Source of the DNA: Candidatus Shapirobacteria bacterium
Lineage (GTDB): Bacteria; Patescibacteriota; Microgenomatia; UBA12405
DNA length: 64,000 nt
NCBI GenBank assembly: GCA_041665485.1
Contig: JBAYIT010000001.1
Location: 140,270 to 204,269 of the forward strand
Reading direction: 5' to 3'
Part shown: positions 26,177 to 36,142 of the stretch, piece after piece
Numbering within the stretch: the stretch's first letter is position 1
How the letters are laid out: each line of letters begins with the position of its first letter
Notes under the pieces: model-generated
Seen by the model: only the letters and a program-made list of their open reading frames with translations
Told to the model about the DNA's origin: nothing
Database searches by the model: none
Position numbers and translations under genes: made by a program

Positions 26177-29134
26177 ATGGAAGCACGGATGGTGGCAGTA
26201 ATAATCGGTGGGGAAGATAGCTTGGTGGCCAATAGACTAGAGGAGTGGCTAAGGGAACACGGAGTGGAGGCGGTGAGAGCTGACCGTGAACAGTTAACCG
26301 TTGACAGTAAACCGTTAGAAGCAAAGTATGTATTTATATTCGATAGTTCTGGATTAGACCAGATGGCTTGGAGTGAAGGATCGAGGGTGGTGTTTGTTAA
26401 TGAGAACTCAGAACTAAGAACTAAGAATCAAGAATTAAATTCAGGTTTTGACTGGAGGGCAATAAAATTACATGATGTTTATGGGCCAGGGATGGGGGAT
26501 GAGGGGTGGTTGCCGACAACTTTGAGATTGGCGGTAAAGAACCAGAATTTAATACTACCACCGCCTAGCCAAAAAATTAGATTGCTGTATGTGGAAGACG
26601 CAGTGGAAGCGATTATGAGGGCATGTTTGATGTCGGGGACAGCGGGAAATACTTTTGAGGTTTATGGCGAGGAAATAACTTCGGCTGATTTGGCAGTATT
26701 GTTGATGGATCTGGCAAAGATGACGAAGACACATGTGGCCCAGATAGAGCCATCCTTCGCCAAGGCTTCGGATGATGTAAATGTGGTGGAAACTTGGGAG
26801 AAATTAAGATGGCGACCAGAGATGGGGTTTAGAGAGGGGATGGAGCCGACCTTGCAATATTTTTTTGGCAAAATAGATGAAGAAGCAAGGCGTCCTAAAC
26901 CTGTGACACCTAAAGTGGTAATAGAAAGGGAAAAGAAAGGGTGGGATGTTGAAGTCGAAGAGAGTAATCAGTTACCAGTTACGAGTTACGAGTTAGAAAA
27001 AGAAACAGAAGAAATAAAGATAGAAAAAGAACCGGAGCCGACTTCGTCAAGCTATGACGGCCGGGGAGCTACGGCGGGTAAAGAGGAAATAGTGGAAGAG
27101 CCACTAAAAATTGATAATAGGATTCTGGAGATAAGAAATAAGATGTTAGAAGATAAACTAGAGATAAGAGCTAAGAAGCAAGAGCTAAGAGAAGAAGAAA
27201 TAATTGAGGAGAGTGAGGCTGATAGGATCCTAGATCCTGGATCTTTGATCTTAGATAAAGAAGAGAAAAAGCCAGAAGTTAGAGACAAGAACACAGAGAT
27301 AAGAACTAAGAAGTTTAAGTTGCCTAGGATTAGATTTGGATTAATATTGTCGGGAATATTGGGGATAGTAGCGGTGGGAATGGTGGCGTGGTGGGGGTGG
27401 CCGATAATGAAGGTGGCTAATTTGGTTTCGGCAACAGAGAAAGCTTTAGCAGAGGGGAAAACAGAAAAAGTGGCCTTGGAGTGGGCTAAATTAGCCGACC
27501 TTTCCCGAAGCCGATTGGAAGTGTCGGGAGGGGGGAACTATGGGGAATTGATGAGATTGATTGAGGAAGGTTCAACATCAATGATGGGGCTGGTGGAGAC
27601 AAGTAGAACAGCAGAAAATGTGGCCAACTCGATCTTGAATGATAAAGACATAAATTGGGAAACAGAAGGAAAGAGTTTAATAAATGGGGTAGATAAATTG
27701 TGGACGAATAGCGGAAAACTGTCGGCGCGAATGGCGGGTGATTGGCGATGGTTGCCTTTTGGCGCTGGAGGGAAAATTAATGACTGGCGAAAAAGGCTGG
27801 TTACTGAAAGAGAAGGCCTTGAAGAGGCGAAAAAATTAGTAGGACTATTGCCGGAGATTTTGGGAGTTTCGGGAAGAAGAGAATATATGGTTTTACTCCA
27901 AAATCAGATGGAGCTGAGACCAAGTGGCGGATTTATTGGGAGTTATGGAATACTAACTTTTGAAAACGGGAAGCTGACAAACTTTACGGTCAACGATGTA
28001 TATGAGGCTGATGGCCAACTTAAGGGACACGTGGAGCCACCGGAACCAATTAAGAAATATTTGGGAGAAGCGGGCTATTTTATGAGGGATGCTAACTGGA
28101 AGGCCGACTTTACCGAAGTCTCAAAAGATATCCAGTGGTTTTTGGAGAAGGAGACAGGGAGGAAAGTTGACGGAGTGATAGGAATAAATCTTGAGGTGGT
28201 GAGGGCAATTTTGGGAGTAGTGGGGGAAATGAATGTGCCTGATTTTGGGGAAAAAATAAATAAAGATAATCTCTATGAACAGGCGGAGTATTATTCGGAG
28301 ACAAAGTTTTTTCCGGGGTCAAAACAGAAAGCCAGTTTTTTGGGAGGAATTTCCCGACAATTGTTTGAGGAGATAAAAACAGCTTCTGGAGAGAAGAGAT
28401 GGAAAATGATGGAAGCAATGCTTTTAATGCTTAATAATCGGGAAATTCAGATGGCGATTAACAATAAAGAAGTGGCGAGAGCGCTGGCTGAAACAGGGTG
28501 GAGCGGAGGGATGTTTGCTGGGGAGTGCGCCAAAGACAGATGTTTGGCGGATTATTTGTTTCCGGTAGAGGCAAATCTGGGGGTAAACAAGGCTAATTAC
28601 TTTATAAGACGGCAAACAGAAATGCTGGTGGAAATAGGGACGAATGCGGTGGTGAGAACAGTAAAGATTAGTTATGAAAATACGGCCAAAAGTAATGCCT
28701 GGCCGGGAGGGGATTATAAAAATTATTTGCGGGTTTACTTACCGATTGGAATTAATATGGCGGGAGTAAAAATAAGTGACGGGAGTACTGGGGAAATAAT
28801 AAAGACGATGGGTGGGGAGGATATGACGATAATGACGGTGGCAGGGAAGACGGAGGTGGGAATGCTAGTAATGGTGCCGATTAATAGCAAACGGGTGGTG
28901 GAGTTCAAATACGTGTCGCCAATAAACCTGTTGACCGGAGACAAGTTTTCTTACCTGTGTTACCTGCAAAAGCAGTCGGGGTGGGGGGATACGGGGCTGG
29001 TGACGTTGGTGTCGATGCCTCCTGGCTGGCAGCCAGTGCAAGTCGAGCCGGAGGCAACGGTGGTGGGAGGGAAATTATTGTTTAATAGGAGGTGGGAGAG
29101 GGATATAAAGCTTGGAGTTGAAATTTCTAAATAA
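26177..29134 (+). CDS. fusion protein: truncated NAD-epimerase/dehydratase-like domain, repeat-encoded charged linker, TM helix, DUF4012-like domain
   Basis: N-terminal region resembles the C-terminal half of SDR epimerases (VYGPGMG...LYVEDAVEA). Residues 830-870 contain MELRPSGGFIGSYG, the DUF4012 hallmark. The linker at 26940-27310 is built from GAGATAAGA, AGTTACGAG and GATCTTAGAT word repeats. Confidence 0.55.
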   Translation: MEARMVAVIIGGEDSLVANRLEEWLREHGVEAVRADREQLTVDSKPLEAKYVFIFDSSGLDQMAWSEGSRVVFVNENSELRTKNQELNSGFDWRAIKLHDVYGPGMGDEGWLPTTLRLAVKNQNLILPPPSQKIRLLYVEDAVEAIMRACLMSGTAGNTFEVYGEEITSADLAVLLMDLAKMTKTHVAQIEPSFAKASDDVNVVETWEKLRWRPEMGFREGMEPTLQYFFGKIDEEARRPKPVTPKVVIEREKKGWDVEVEESNQLPVTSYELEKETEEIKIEKEPEPTSSSYDGRGATAGKEEIVEEPLKIDNRILEIRNKMLEDKLEIRAKKQELREEEIIEESEADRILDPGSLILDKEEKKPEVRDKNTEIRTKKFKLPRIRFGLILSGILGIVAVGMVAWWGWPIMKVANLVSATEKALAEGKTEKVALEWAKLADLSRSRLEVSGGGNYGELMRLIEEGSTSMMGLVETSRTAENVANSILNDKDINWETEGKSLINGVDKLWTNSGKLSARMAGDWRWLPFGAGGKINDWRKRLVTEREGLEEAKKLVGLLPEILGVSGRREYMVLLQNQMELRPSGGFIGSYGILTFENGKLTNFTVNDVYEADGQLKGHVEPPEPIKKYLGEAGYFMRDANWKADFTEVSKDIQWFLEKETGRKVDGVIGINLEVVRAILGVVGEMNVPDFGEKINKDNLYEQAEYYSETKFFPGSKQKASFLGGISRQLFEEIKTASGEKRWKMMEAMLLMLNNREIQMAINNKEVARALAETGWSGGMFAGECAKDRCLADYLFPVEANLGVNKANYFIRRQTEMLVEIGTNAVVRTVKISYENTAKSNAWPGGDYKNYLRVYLPIGINMAGVKISDGSTGEIIKTMGGEDMTIMTVAGKTEVGMLVMVPINSKRVVEFKYVSPINLLTGDKFSYLCYLQKQSGWGDTGLVTLVSMPPGWQPVQVEPEATVVGGKLLFNRRWERDIKLGVEISK

Positions 29135-29145
29135 ATTTCAACTCC

Positions 29146-29290
29146 AAGAATTTCCAATTTCCAATAACCAATTTCCAAACAAATCACAACGATCAATAAC
29201 TCCGCCAGAGGCGGACTTCGCTTCGCTTCGCAAATTCTAATTTCCAAACAAATCACAATGATCAAATTGCAAACTCCAAATAAAAAATTT
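29146..29290. repeat. word-repeat families E (AATTTCCAATAACC / CAAACAAATCACAA) and G (CCGTCTGAGACGGACTTCGCTTCGCTTCG) in one intergenic block
   Basis: Family E also occurs at 24150-24180, 24495-24560, 54735-54765 and in both 23S insertions; family G also at 7646-7680, 19940-19975, 23575-23615. Confidence 0.75.
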
Positions 29291-29362
29291 ATAAAAATAA
29301 AAGAAGATTAACCCGATAAATCTACTACTTGACTAGTGAAATAACCGGGTTATTATTAAGGT

Positions 29363-30628
29363 ATGATTAAAAGAAGTTTATTTTCTGATATTAAGGCGCA
29401 CCTCAAAAATCCTGAAATTACCTTGATCATTGGCCCTCGTCAAGCAGGTAAGACCACGTTAATGCGTCAATTGATGGATGATTTGAATAAAGATGCTGAG
29501 AAGACTTTATTTTTAAGCCTAGACAACGACTTAGATCGGCCGTATTTTGATTCGCAAGATGCTTTGATTGGTAAGATTGAGCTAGCTTTTGGCAACCAAA
29601 AAGGTTATGTTTTTATTGATGAAATTCAAAGAAAGGTTGATGCGGGTTTGTTTTTGAAAGGAATTTACGACAGAGGTCTGCCTTATAAATTTATTGTGAC
29701 TGGCTCAGGGAGTGTTGAGTTGAAAGAGAGGGTCCATGAGTCGTTGGTGGGTAGAAAAAGGCTGTTTGAGTTGAGTACTCTTTCGTTTGGGGAATTTGTA
29801 AATTATAAAACGGAGTATAGGTACGAAAGTAAATTAGCTGATTTCTTTTTGGTTGAGTCAGGGTTGACTCAAAAATATTTTCAAGAATATTTAGATTTTG
29901 GTGGGTATCCAAGGGTTGTTTTGGCCGAAACTGAAGAAGAAAAGAGAAAAACTATTCAAGACATTTACGAAAGTTATTTGGAAAAAGATATTGCCTTGTT
30001 GTTAAACATTCAAAAAACGGTTAGTTTGACAAACTTAGTTAGGCTATTGGCGTCTCAAGCGGGAGGTTTGGTTAATGTTTCGGAAATATCATCAACTTTG
30101 GGGATATCGGTTGAGACGGTTAACAATTATCTTTGGTATTTGGAAAAAACATATATTGTGGAAAGAGTTACGCCATTTTTTAAGAATATTCGTAAAGAAA
30201 TTACAAAATCGCCAATTTACTATTTTGTGGATTTGGGGATGAAAAATTATGCCCAAAGACAATTTGGGTCATCGTTTCAACACCTGGCCGATGGTCATTT
30301 GTTTGAAAATTTTGTTTATCTACTTCTTAAAGGAAGCTTAATTCCGCCAACAAGTTTACATTTTTGGCGAACTCAAGATAAAGCCGAAGTTGATTTCGTA
30401 ATTGATTTTGGCAACGAAATAGTTCCTGTTGAGGTTAAGGCGACTAAGTTGACGGAACCAAAAATAACCCGATCTTTTAGGTCGTTTACTGATAGTTATC
30501 AACCAAAAGAGGCCTATGTGATTCATCTGGGAAAAGAATTTCAATTCAAGATCAACAATCTGACTGTTTCATTTTTGCCTTATTTTTCTTTGTTAACTAA
30601 CCATATTAGTACTTATGATGGGGATTAG
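29363..30628 (+). CDS. AAA+ ATPase (AAA_14 + DUF4143 architecture)
   Basis: Walker A GPRQAGKTTL, Walker B VFIDEIQ and the C-terminal region typical of DUF4143 ATP-binding proteins. Confidence 0.75.
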   Translation: MIKRSLFSDIKAHLKNPEITLIIGPRQAGKTTLMRQLMDDLNKDAEKTLFLSLDNDLDRPYFDSQDALIGKIELAFGNQKGYVFIDEIQRKVDAGLFLKGIYDRGLPYKFIVTGSGSVELKERVHESLVGRKRLFELSTLSFGEFVNYKTEYRYESKLADFFLVESGLTQKYFQEYLDFGGYPRVVLAETEEEKRKTIQDIYESYLEKDIALLLNIQKTVSLTNLVRLLASQAGGLVNVSEISSTLGISVETVNNYLWYLEKTYIVERVTPFFKNIRKEITKSPIYYFVDLGMKNYAQRQFGSSFQHLADGHLFENFVYLLLKGSLIPPTSLHFWRTQDKAEVDFVIDFGNEIVPVEVKATKLTEPKITRSFRSFTDSYQPKEAYVIHLGKEFQFKINNLTVSFLPYFSLLTNHISTYDGD

Positions 30629-30654
30629 TTAAGAAAATTCTGGGTATAAAGATT

Positions 30655-30954
30655 ATGAAAAATTTTATAAAAAAAATAGAAAATTTTAAATGTGAGAGGT
30701 GTGGGGAAGAGGTGACGGGGGATGGGTATACGGATCATTGCCCACGGTGTTTGTGGGGGAAGCATGTGGATGAAATTATTCCGGGGGATAGGAAAAGTGG
30801 GTGCAAAGGCTTAATGGAGCCGGTGGGGGTGGACAAGGTGAAGGGCGAGGATAAAATAGTTTACAAATGCCTCAAGTGCGGGCATAAATTTAGAGTAAGA
30901 TTGGCGGAAAATGATGATAGAGGGGTGTGGGAAAAAGTAGGATGCGGGGAATAA
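30655..30954 (+). CDS. zinc-ribbon protein, RNHCP-domain-like
   Basis: CERCG...[12 protein letters not shown]...CLKCGH cysteine pairs. Confidence 0.5.
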   Translation: MKNFIKKIENFKCERCGEEVTGDGYTDHCPRCLWGKHVDEIIPGDRKSGCKGLMEPVGVDKVKGEDKIVYKCLKCGHKFRVRLAENDDRGVWEKVGCGE

Positions 30955-31011
30955 AAGGAGAATGTGCGGAGTTTTTTGTAGAGATAAGAACTAAGAGATA
31001 AGAACTAAGAA

Positions 31012-31020
31012 TGGTATAAT
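31012..31020 (+). promoter_or_regulatory. extended -10 promoter TGGTATAAT for ftsH; the ATG lies 8 nt downstream (leaderless)
   Basis: TGGTATAAT at 31012-31020; ftsH ATG at 31029; no Shine-Dalgarno sequence. Confidence 0.45.
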
Positions 31021-31028
31021 CGGAGACG

Positions 31029-32969
31029 ATGAAAAAGTGGCTAGAAAAGATTAGAAATTGGCGGAAGAAAACGGTAAAAAAACCGGTGAAAAAGGCCGAT
31101 AATTTGGGAATACCTAAGGAGGTATTGGATAAACTCCCGCCGGGAGTGAAGATTAAAAAAATTGAAATTGGGCCACAACAGATTTTAAAAACAGTCTTGT
31201 GGATGCTATTAATTTTTTGGGGGTTGGGGGCGGTTCGACAACTATTAGTGCCGGAAGTATTGGAAAAAGTAACTTTGTCTAAGGCGATAGAAATAATCAA
31301 AACGACTAAGGGGGCGGAGGTGTCGGTGATGGATAATGAGATTTTAATCAAGTTAAAAGACCAGAATAAAATTCTGACGGCATCGAAAGAGGGGAATGTG
31401 GCGATGTCTGACTTGTTGCAAAAAGAAGGGGTTGATATTGCCACCATAAATTTTGGAGTTGACAATAGAAGTGGTTGGAAGATATTGGGAGATTTAGTGG
31501 TAACGGTGCTGACGGTGGGGCCGATACTGCTATTGGTATATTTTATGTTTATGCGACAAGGTGGTGGGGGAATGGGGGGCGGGATGTTTGGCTTTGGCAA
31601 ATCAAATGCAAGGCTTTTTGTGAAGGGGAAGCAAAATATAAAGTTTGACCGGGTGGCGGGGGTGGAAGAGGCAAAGAAGGATTTGGAGGAAGTAGTCGAC
31701 TTTTTGAAGAACCCGGATAAATATCTGAAGATGGGGGCGAGAGCGCCAAAGGGAGTGTTGTTGGTGGGCCCGGCGGGAGTGGGAAAAACTTTACTGGCAA
31801 AGGCGGTGGCGGGAGAAGCTAATGTGCCATTCTTTTCGATGGCAGGAAGTGAATTTATGGAAATGTTGGTGGGGGTAGGAGCGAGTCGGGTGCGGGATTT
31901 GTTTGCAACAGCCAAAAAAGCCGGGAAAGCGATTATTTTTATTGATGAAATTGATGCGATTGGGCGGATGCGGGGCGGAATGGATGGGGGGCACAGCGAG
32001 CGGGACCAAACTTTAAATCAGATATTGGTGGAAATGGACGGGTTTGAACCGAGTACGGCAGTGGTGGTGTTGGCGGCAACTAATAGAGGCGACTTGCTTG
32101 ACCCAGCGTTGTTGCGGCCGGGGAGATTTGACCGGAGGGTGGTGCTAGAAATTCCAGACCTTAAGGCGAGAATAGAAATACTTAAGATTCACGCTAGGGG
32201 CAAACCGTTTGAAAAAGATGTTGACTGGGAGGTGGTGGCCAGACGGACAGTGGGGTTTTCGGGGGCGGATTTGGAAAATACTTTAAACGAGGCGGCAATT
32301 AAAGCGGCCAGGGAAGACAAAAAGACAATAAGTATGGAGGATATTGAAGAATCGGCCTTGAAAGCAAAGCTCGGACGAGAGAAGAGGCGGGACCAAACCG
32401 AGGAGGACAAGAAAATGACGGCCTACCACGAAGCCGGGCACGCGATTGTTAATTATGTAGAGGGCCTAGATTCGGTGACAAGAATATCGATAGTGTCTCG
32501 CGGGATGGCGCTTGGGTTTACCTTAGTGCCACCAAAGAGAGATGAAATTCACCAAACAAGAAGTAATTTGATTAAGCGGATGGCAATGGCGATGGGGGGA
32601 AGGGCGGCGGAAGAGATAGTGTTTGGGGATATAACCACGGGGGCGGCCTCGGATATTACCCATGTAACGGCGATAGCTCGCGACATGGTGGTGGAATGGG
32701 GAATGAGTGAACTTGGGCCCATAAACCTGGGGCCGCAGGTGGATGTGTCGGACTGGGGCAAGGCTTATTGGGAGCCGGCCAAAATATCGGACGCCATGCA
32801 GGCAAAAGTGGACAAAGAAATAGGGGGATTGGTTAATACGGCTCTGGCGAGGGCGAGAACGATATTAAAGCAAAACCGAAAAAAGATGGATGAGTTGGCA
32901 AAAATTTTGGTAGAGAAAGAGACGATTGGGGAGGAGGAGTTTGGGATCATTATGGGGACTAAGAGATAA
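31029..32969 (+). CDS. ftsH: ATP-dependent zinc metalloprotease FtsH
   Basis: Walker A GPAGVGKT, Walker [10 protein letters not shown], second region of homology, HEAGHAIV zinc site and two N-terminal TM helices. Confidence 0.9.
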   Translation: MKKWLEKIRNWRKKTVKKPVKKADNLGIPKEVLDKLPPGVKIKKIEIGPQQILKTVLWMLLIFWGLGAVRQLLVPEVLEKVTLSKAIEIIKTTKGAEVSVMDNEILIKLKDQNKILTASKEGNVAMSDLLQKEGVDIATINFGVDNRSGWKILGDLVVTVLTVGPILLLVYFMFMRQGGGGMGGGMFGFGKSNARLFVKGKQNIKFDRVAGVEEAKKDLEEVVDFLKNPDKYLKMGARAPKGVLLVGPAGVGKTLLAKAVAGEANVPFFSMAGSEFMEMLVGVGASRVRDLFATAKKAGKAIIFIDEIDAIGRMRGGMDGGHSERDQTLNQILVEMDGFEPSTAVVVLAATNRGDLLDPALLRPGRFDRRVVLEIPDLKARIEILKIHARGKPFEKDVDWEVVARRTVGFSGADLENTLNEAAIKAAREDKKTISMEDIEESALKAKLGREKRRDQTEEDKKMTAYHEAGHAIVNYVEGLDSVTRISIVSRGMALGFTLVPPKRDEIHQTRSNLIKRMAMAMGGRAAEEIVFGDITTGAASDITHVTAIARDMVVEWGMSELGPINLGPQVDVSDWGKAYWEPAKISDAMQAKVDKEIGGLVNTALARARTILKQNRKKMDELAKILVEKETIGEEEFGIIMGTKR

Positions 32970-32982
32970 GAACACAGAACTA

Positions 32983-33426
32983 AGAACACAGAGATAAGAG
33001 ATAAGAAGCAAAAAAAATTACTTAAAGGTTTTTGTTTTGGCAATTAAACCCAATAACAGTCTCTGAACATCCATTAGTTTTCCCAATAATTTAGTAAAAT
33101 CATCAACCGAAATAAAACCCAAATCCTTGGCAATAATTAATTGGTTTTTGACCTCCATTAAAGACCCTAAAGATAAATAATAAAAGTGGACTTTATCTTT
33201 ATATGTTTTTCTTCCGAATCCTTCAGCAATATTACTTGTTATTGAAACAACAGCTCTTTTTAATTGATCCACTAAGGCGTAAGTTTCGGTTTTGGGAAAT
33301 TTTCCCACTAATTTGTAAACCAATAAAACTGTTTCGTGACCTATCTGCCACACAACCAAATCTGTAAACTCATTAATCATTATTCTAATTTACCATCTTA
33401 TTTCTTATCTCTTATCTCTGTGTTCT
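32983..33426. repeat. 24-nt perfect inverted repeats AGAACACAGAGATAAGAGATAAGA (32983-33006 and 33403-33426) bracketing the four-helix-bundle gene
   Basis: Read directly from the sequence; the right copy is the exact reverse complement. Confidence 0.7.
33018..33380 (-). CDS. four-helix-bundle protein of the 23S-rRNA intervening-sequence family
   Basis: 120 aa; conserved ITSNIAEGFGR and four predicted helices typical of the TIGR02436-type family usually encoded inside 23S IVS elements. Confidence 0.75.
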   Translation of the reverse strand: MINEFTDLVVWQIGHETVLLVYKLVGKFPKTETYALVDQLKRAVVSITSNIAEGFGRKTYKDKVHFYYLSLGSLMEVKNQLIIAKDLGFISVDDFTKLLGKLMDVQRLLLGLIAKTKTFK

Positions 33427-33488
33427 TGATCAAAGTATTATAGGACTTGCTTATTGAAAATACGGGGTGGGGAGGGTAAAATGAGGGT

Positions 33489-36107
33489 ATGGCTGGAAGC
33501 GAAGCAGATAATAGAATACGTGAGGCTCAACAAAGGGAGGCGGTATTGCGCGATAGGGAGAGATCGGAGCAAACGAGGTTAATAAGGGCGGAGAGAACGA
33601 GGCATGATGCAATTGGAGTGGCTGGCCGAATTCTTGACGCAAGGATAAGAACTCCAGACGTTATTCAGCCGGAGCTGGTGGGGTTTGTGGCAGTAGCGGC
33701 GGCTGAAGGAGATGCGATATCGCCGTACGAAGCTGGGCCAATAAGAAGCGCTTTGTTGATTAGAGCAATGAGTGGCAACGTGGAAAGAGTTCAGGCTGGA
33801 TTGGTAGCAGAGAGAGATCGAGAAATGGAAGGAATGATGATGAATCCGTTGTTGGTGTCGGCTTTACATAAGTACAGTGCTATTGATCCAGATATTTTAG
33901 ATAGACCAGTGGAAATGACAGCAGATGAATGGAAGCTTTTTGGAGATTATCAGGTGGTAAAAGATGAAAGGCAGGCGATTGTAGACTCAATGACCAATGG
34001 GGTGGCGGGTTTGTATGATGACAGAGAAGATTTGCAGAGGAGGGTAGCGAAACTTGGAGCAAGACTGGAAGACTTAAGGTCGAGGGCAGGAAGTTTGGGT
34101 GGAGCAGAAAAGACAAGATATGAAGAACTTTTAACAAAAATGTTTAAGGAATTAAGGGGGCCAGAGGCGGCGAATTATAGTAGATGGGCAGGAATGGACC
34201 AAGACAACTTGAGACCAGAAGAAGCGGTGATGTTGGCTGATGTTTGGGGAAAGATGATGAGGGCGTTGGACGGAGGGGAGGAAGGAGAACTAGAAGAATT
34301 GAGGGAAAGGAAAGTAAGGGCGTTGAGGCCCGAAGAGCAGAGATTATATGATAAAAGGTTAGGCCAATTGAGGAGCAAAATAACAGATGCGGCAGAATTG
34401 GCGGAGTTTAATAGATTGATGGCTATTCCGTCGTACAAGAGGACGAAAGATGAAACTGAAACATTGGAGATGAGATTGGAGTTGGTGGCGGAAGATGCCG
34501 GGATTAGACCGGCGGAAATGACAACCTTTGAAAAATTAAAGGAGAGGGCTGAAGGAGCGGTGAGGTTGACGGAACTGGAAGCAAAGAAGGCACGAGGAGC
34601 TTTGTCGACTGGAGAGAGAGGGGAATTTGAGGATTTAAGGTCGAGGGCAGGGCTTTTAACTGAAGCAGAAACAGGGAGTATTGGGGTAATAGATGGTTTG
34701 GTAACAAATTTAAGGGGAAAGATTGGGGATATAAATAGACAAATTAGAGAAAAAACGGAACATTTAGGCGAGTCGTCGGAATGGATGAAAATGGTTAAGG
34801 CTTTTGATGGAATGGTGACTAATATAAACGTGACGGATCAGTGGAGAAAAGCGTGGCATGATTATGGAGCGGGAGCACAGGAGAGTTTTACTCAAACTAG
34901 ATGGGCGGAATATCAGAGAGTGTCGGATTTGGTGGCATTAATGGAAATGCCAATGGTGGGAGTAGCAATGCAGACGGCATTTAGGGCGATGTGTTTGATT
35001 GGATTAAATAGGACTGGTGATGTTGCTGGGTCGGCAAATATTATGCAGATGGAAAAATTGACCGAACAACAAGTACAAGAAAGATTTGTTGAACCGTGTA
35101 GAGGATATGTAAAACAAGCACTAAGGTATACTCCCGATCTGTATGTAAATTTTGGAGTGGAGATGGCGAGAATGTTGTTTGAGAATGGGTTTTGTGCTGG
35201 ATGGTTGTGTGTGGAAAGGGGGAACGATGGAAATATCATGTATAGAGAGACGGTGGTGGAAAGGAATGGGAATTTAAGATACGACGATTCCTCTGACTTT
35301 GGGTCTGTGGCGTATCGCTACGGTGTTCCAAAGGTTGTGGGGGATGGAACTGTTTATGCAGATAGACAAAATGATTATATTAAACCAGCAGCAACTAGGG
35401 CGAAGCAGATGAAGGAATACTCAAAAGGTTACGAAACGGGATTACCAGCATTGATCCCTGTTTTACCTGATAATTTGTCACAACCATGGGTTAGTCATCA
35501 AGAGATGTTGGCGATTGCAAATGGTAGGGTCAATTTAGCTGATGTTTTTAGAACAAGACCAGACAATAGTAGATGGGGTTGGACATATGGGATATTTAGA
35601 GGAGGACAGGTTTACGAGTTAGTTTCAAAATTTATTATTGGTTTGAAAGGGTATCGCGGAGTTGGAGAGGAAGTAGACTTTTTCTTTAATTCGCCGGCAA
35701 ACATGGGGTCGGTAGCAAAGAAAATCGACGTGGCTCTCAATTACTCTTTGGAGGCGAGGAGGTTGAGAATGAATTTGTTTATGGCGGCAGTGTATGCGAT
35801 AGATGATGATGCTGCCAACCCGGAAAGGTCTGACCAACTAAAGACGGTGTTGTCAGATATGACGAAAGCTCCCGAAAAGAGGTGGTTGAATTTTCAGAAA
35901 GATGATTATCGGCGTGCGTTTGTAAGAAATGGGTTTTTAACAGAAGAAGAATTTAACTATGCTTGGGGGAGGATAAAGAATATTTTGCCGGGTGATGGAG
36001 GAAAGGCTGGGAGTGGCTTGATAAAGAAGTCGGAAGAAGCGGGTTTGGCTAGGCTGAATGGATCAGGAGTGCAAAGAAGGGATAGGAGATTAGCAGATCA
36101 AGTGTAA
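33489..36107 (+). CDS. large hypothetical protein (soluble, Arg/Glu-rich)
   Basis: 872 aa with no recognisable domain. Confidence 0.45.
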   Translation: MAGSEADNRIREAQQREAVLRDRERSEQTRLIRAERTRHDAIGVAGRILDARIRTPDVIQPELVGFVAVAAAEGDAISPYEAGPIRSALLIRAMSGNVERVQAGLVAERDREMEGMMMNPLLVSALHKYSAIDPDILDRPVEMTADEWKLFGDYQVVKDERQAIVDSMTNGVAGLYDDREDLQRRVAKLGARLEDLRSRAGSLGGAEKTRYEELLTKMFKELRGPEAANYSRWAGMDQDNLRPEEAVMLADVWGKMMRALDGGEEGELEELRERKVRALRPEEQRLYDKRLGQLRSKITDAAELAEFNRLMAIPSYKRTKDETETLEMRLELVAEDAGIRPAEMTTFEKLKERAEGAVRLTELEAKKARGALSTGERGEFEDLRSRAGLLTEAETGSIGVIDGLVTNLRGKIGDINRQIREKTEHLGESSEWMKMVKAFDGMVTNINVTDQWRKAWHDYGAGAQESFTQTRWAEYQRVSDLVALMEMPMVGVAMQTAFRAMCLIGLNRTGDVAGSANIMQMEKLTEQQVQERFVEPCRGYVKQALRYTPDLYVNFGVEMARMLFENGFCAGWLCVERGNDGNIMYRETVVERNGNLRYDDSSDFGSVAYRYGVPKVVGDGTVYADRQNDYIKPAATRAKQMKEYSKGYETGLPALIPVLPDNLSQPWVSHQEMLAIANGRVNLADVFRTRPDNSRWGWTYGIFRGGQVYELVSKFIIGLKGYRGVGEEVDFFFNSPANMGSVAKKIDVALNYSLEARRLRMNLFMAAVYAIDDDAANPERSDQLKTVLSDMTKAPEKRWLNFQKDDYRRAFVRNGFLTEEEFNYAWGRIKNILPGDGGKAGSGLIKKSEEAGLARLNGSGVQRRDRRLADQV

Positions 36108-36142
36108 ATAAATGTGAGGCGGAAACAAAGATATTAAGTTTT

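Noticed and set aside
29114-29145. Terminator-like perfect hairpin GGAGTTGAAATTT...ATTTCAACTCC overlapping the stop codon of the DUF4012 fusion gene
   Set aside because: A good stem but no T-tract follows it (word repeats come next); it is kept as an observation, not a called terminator.
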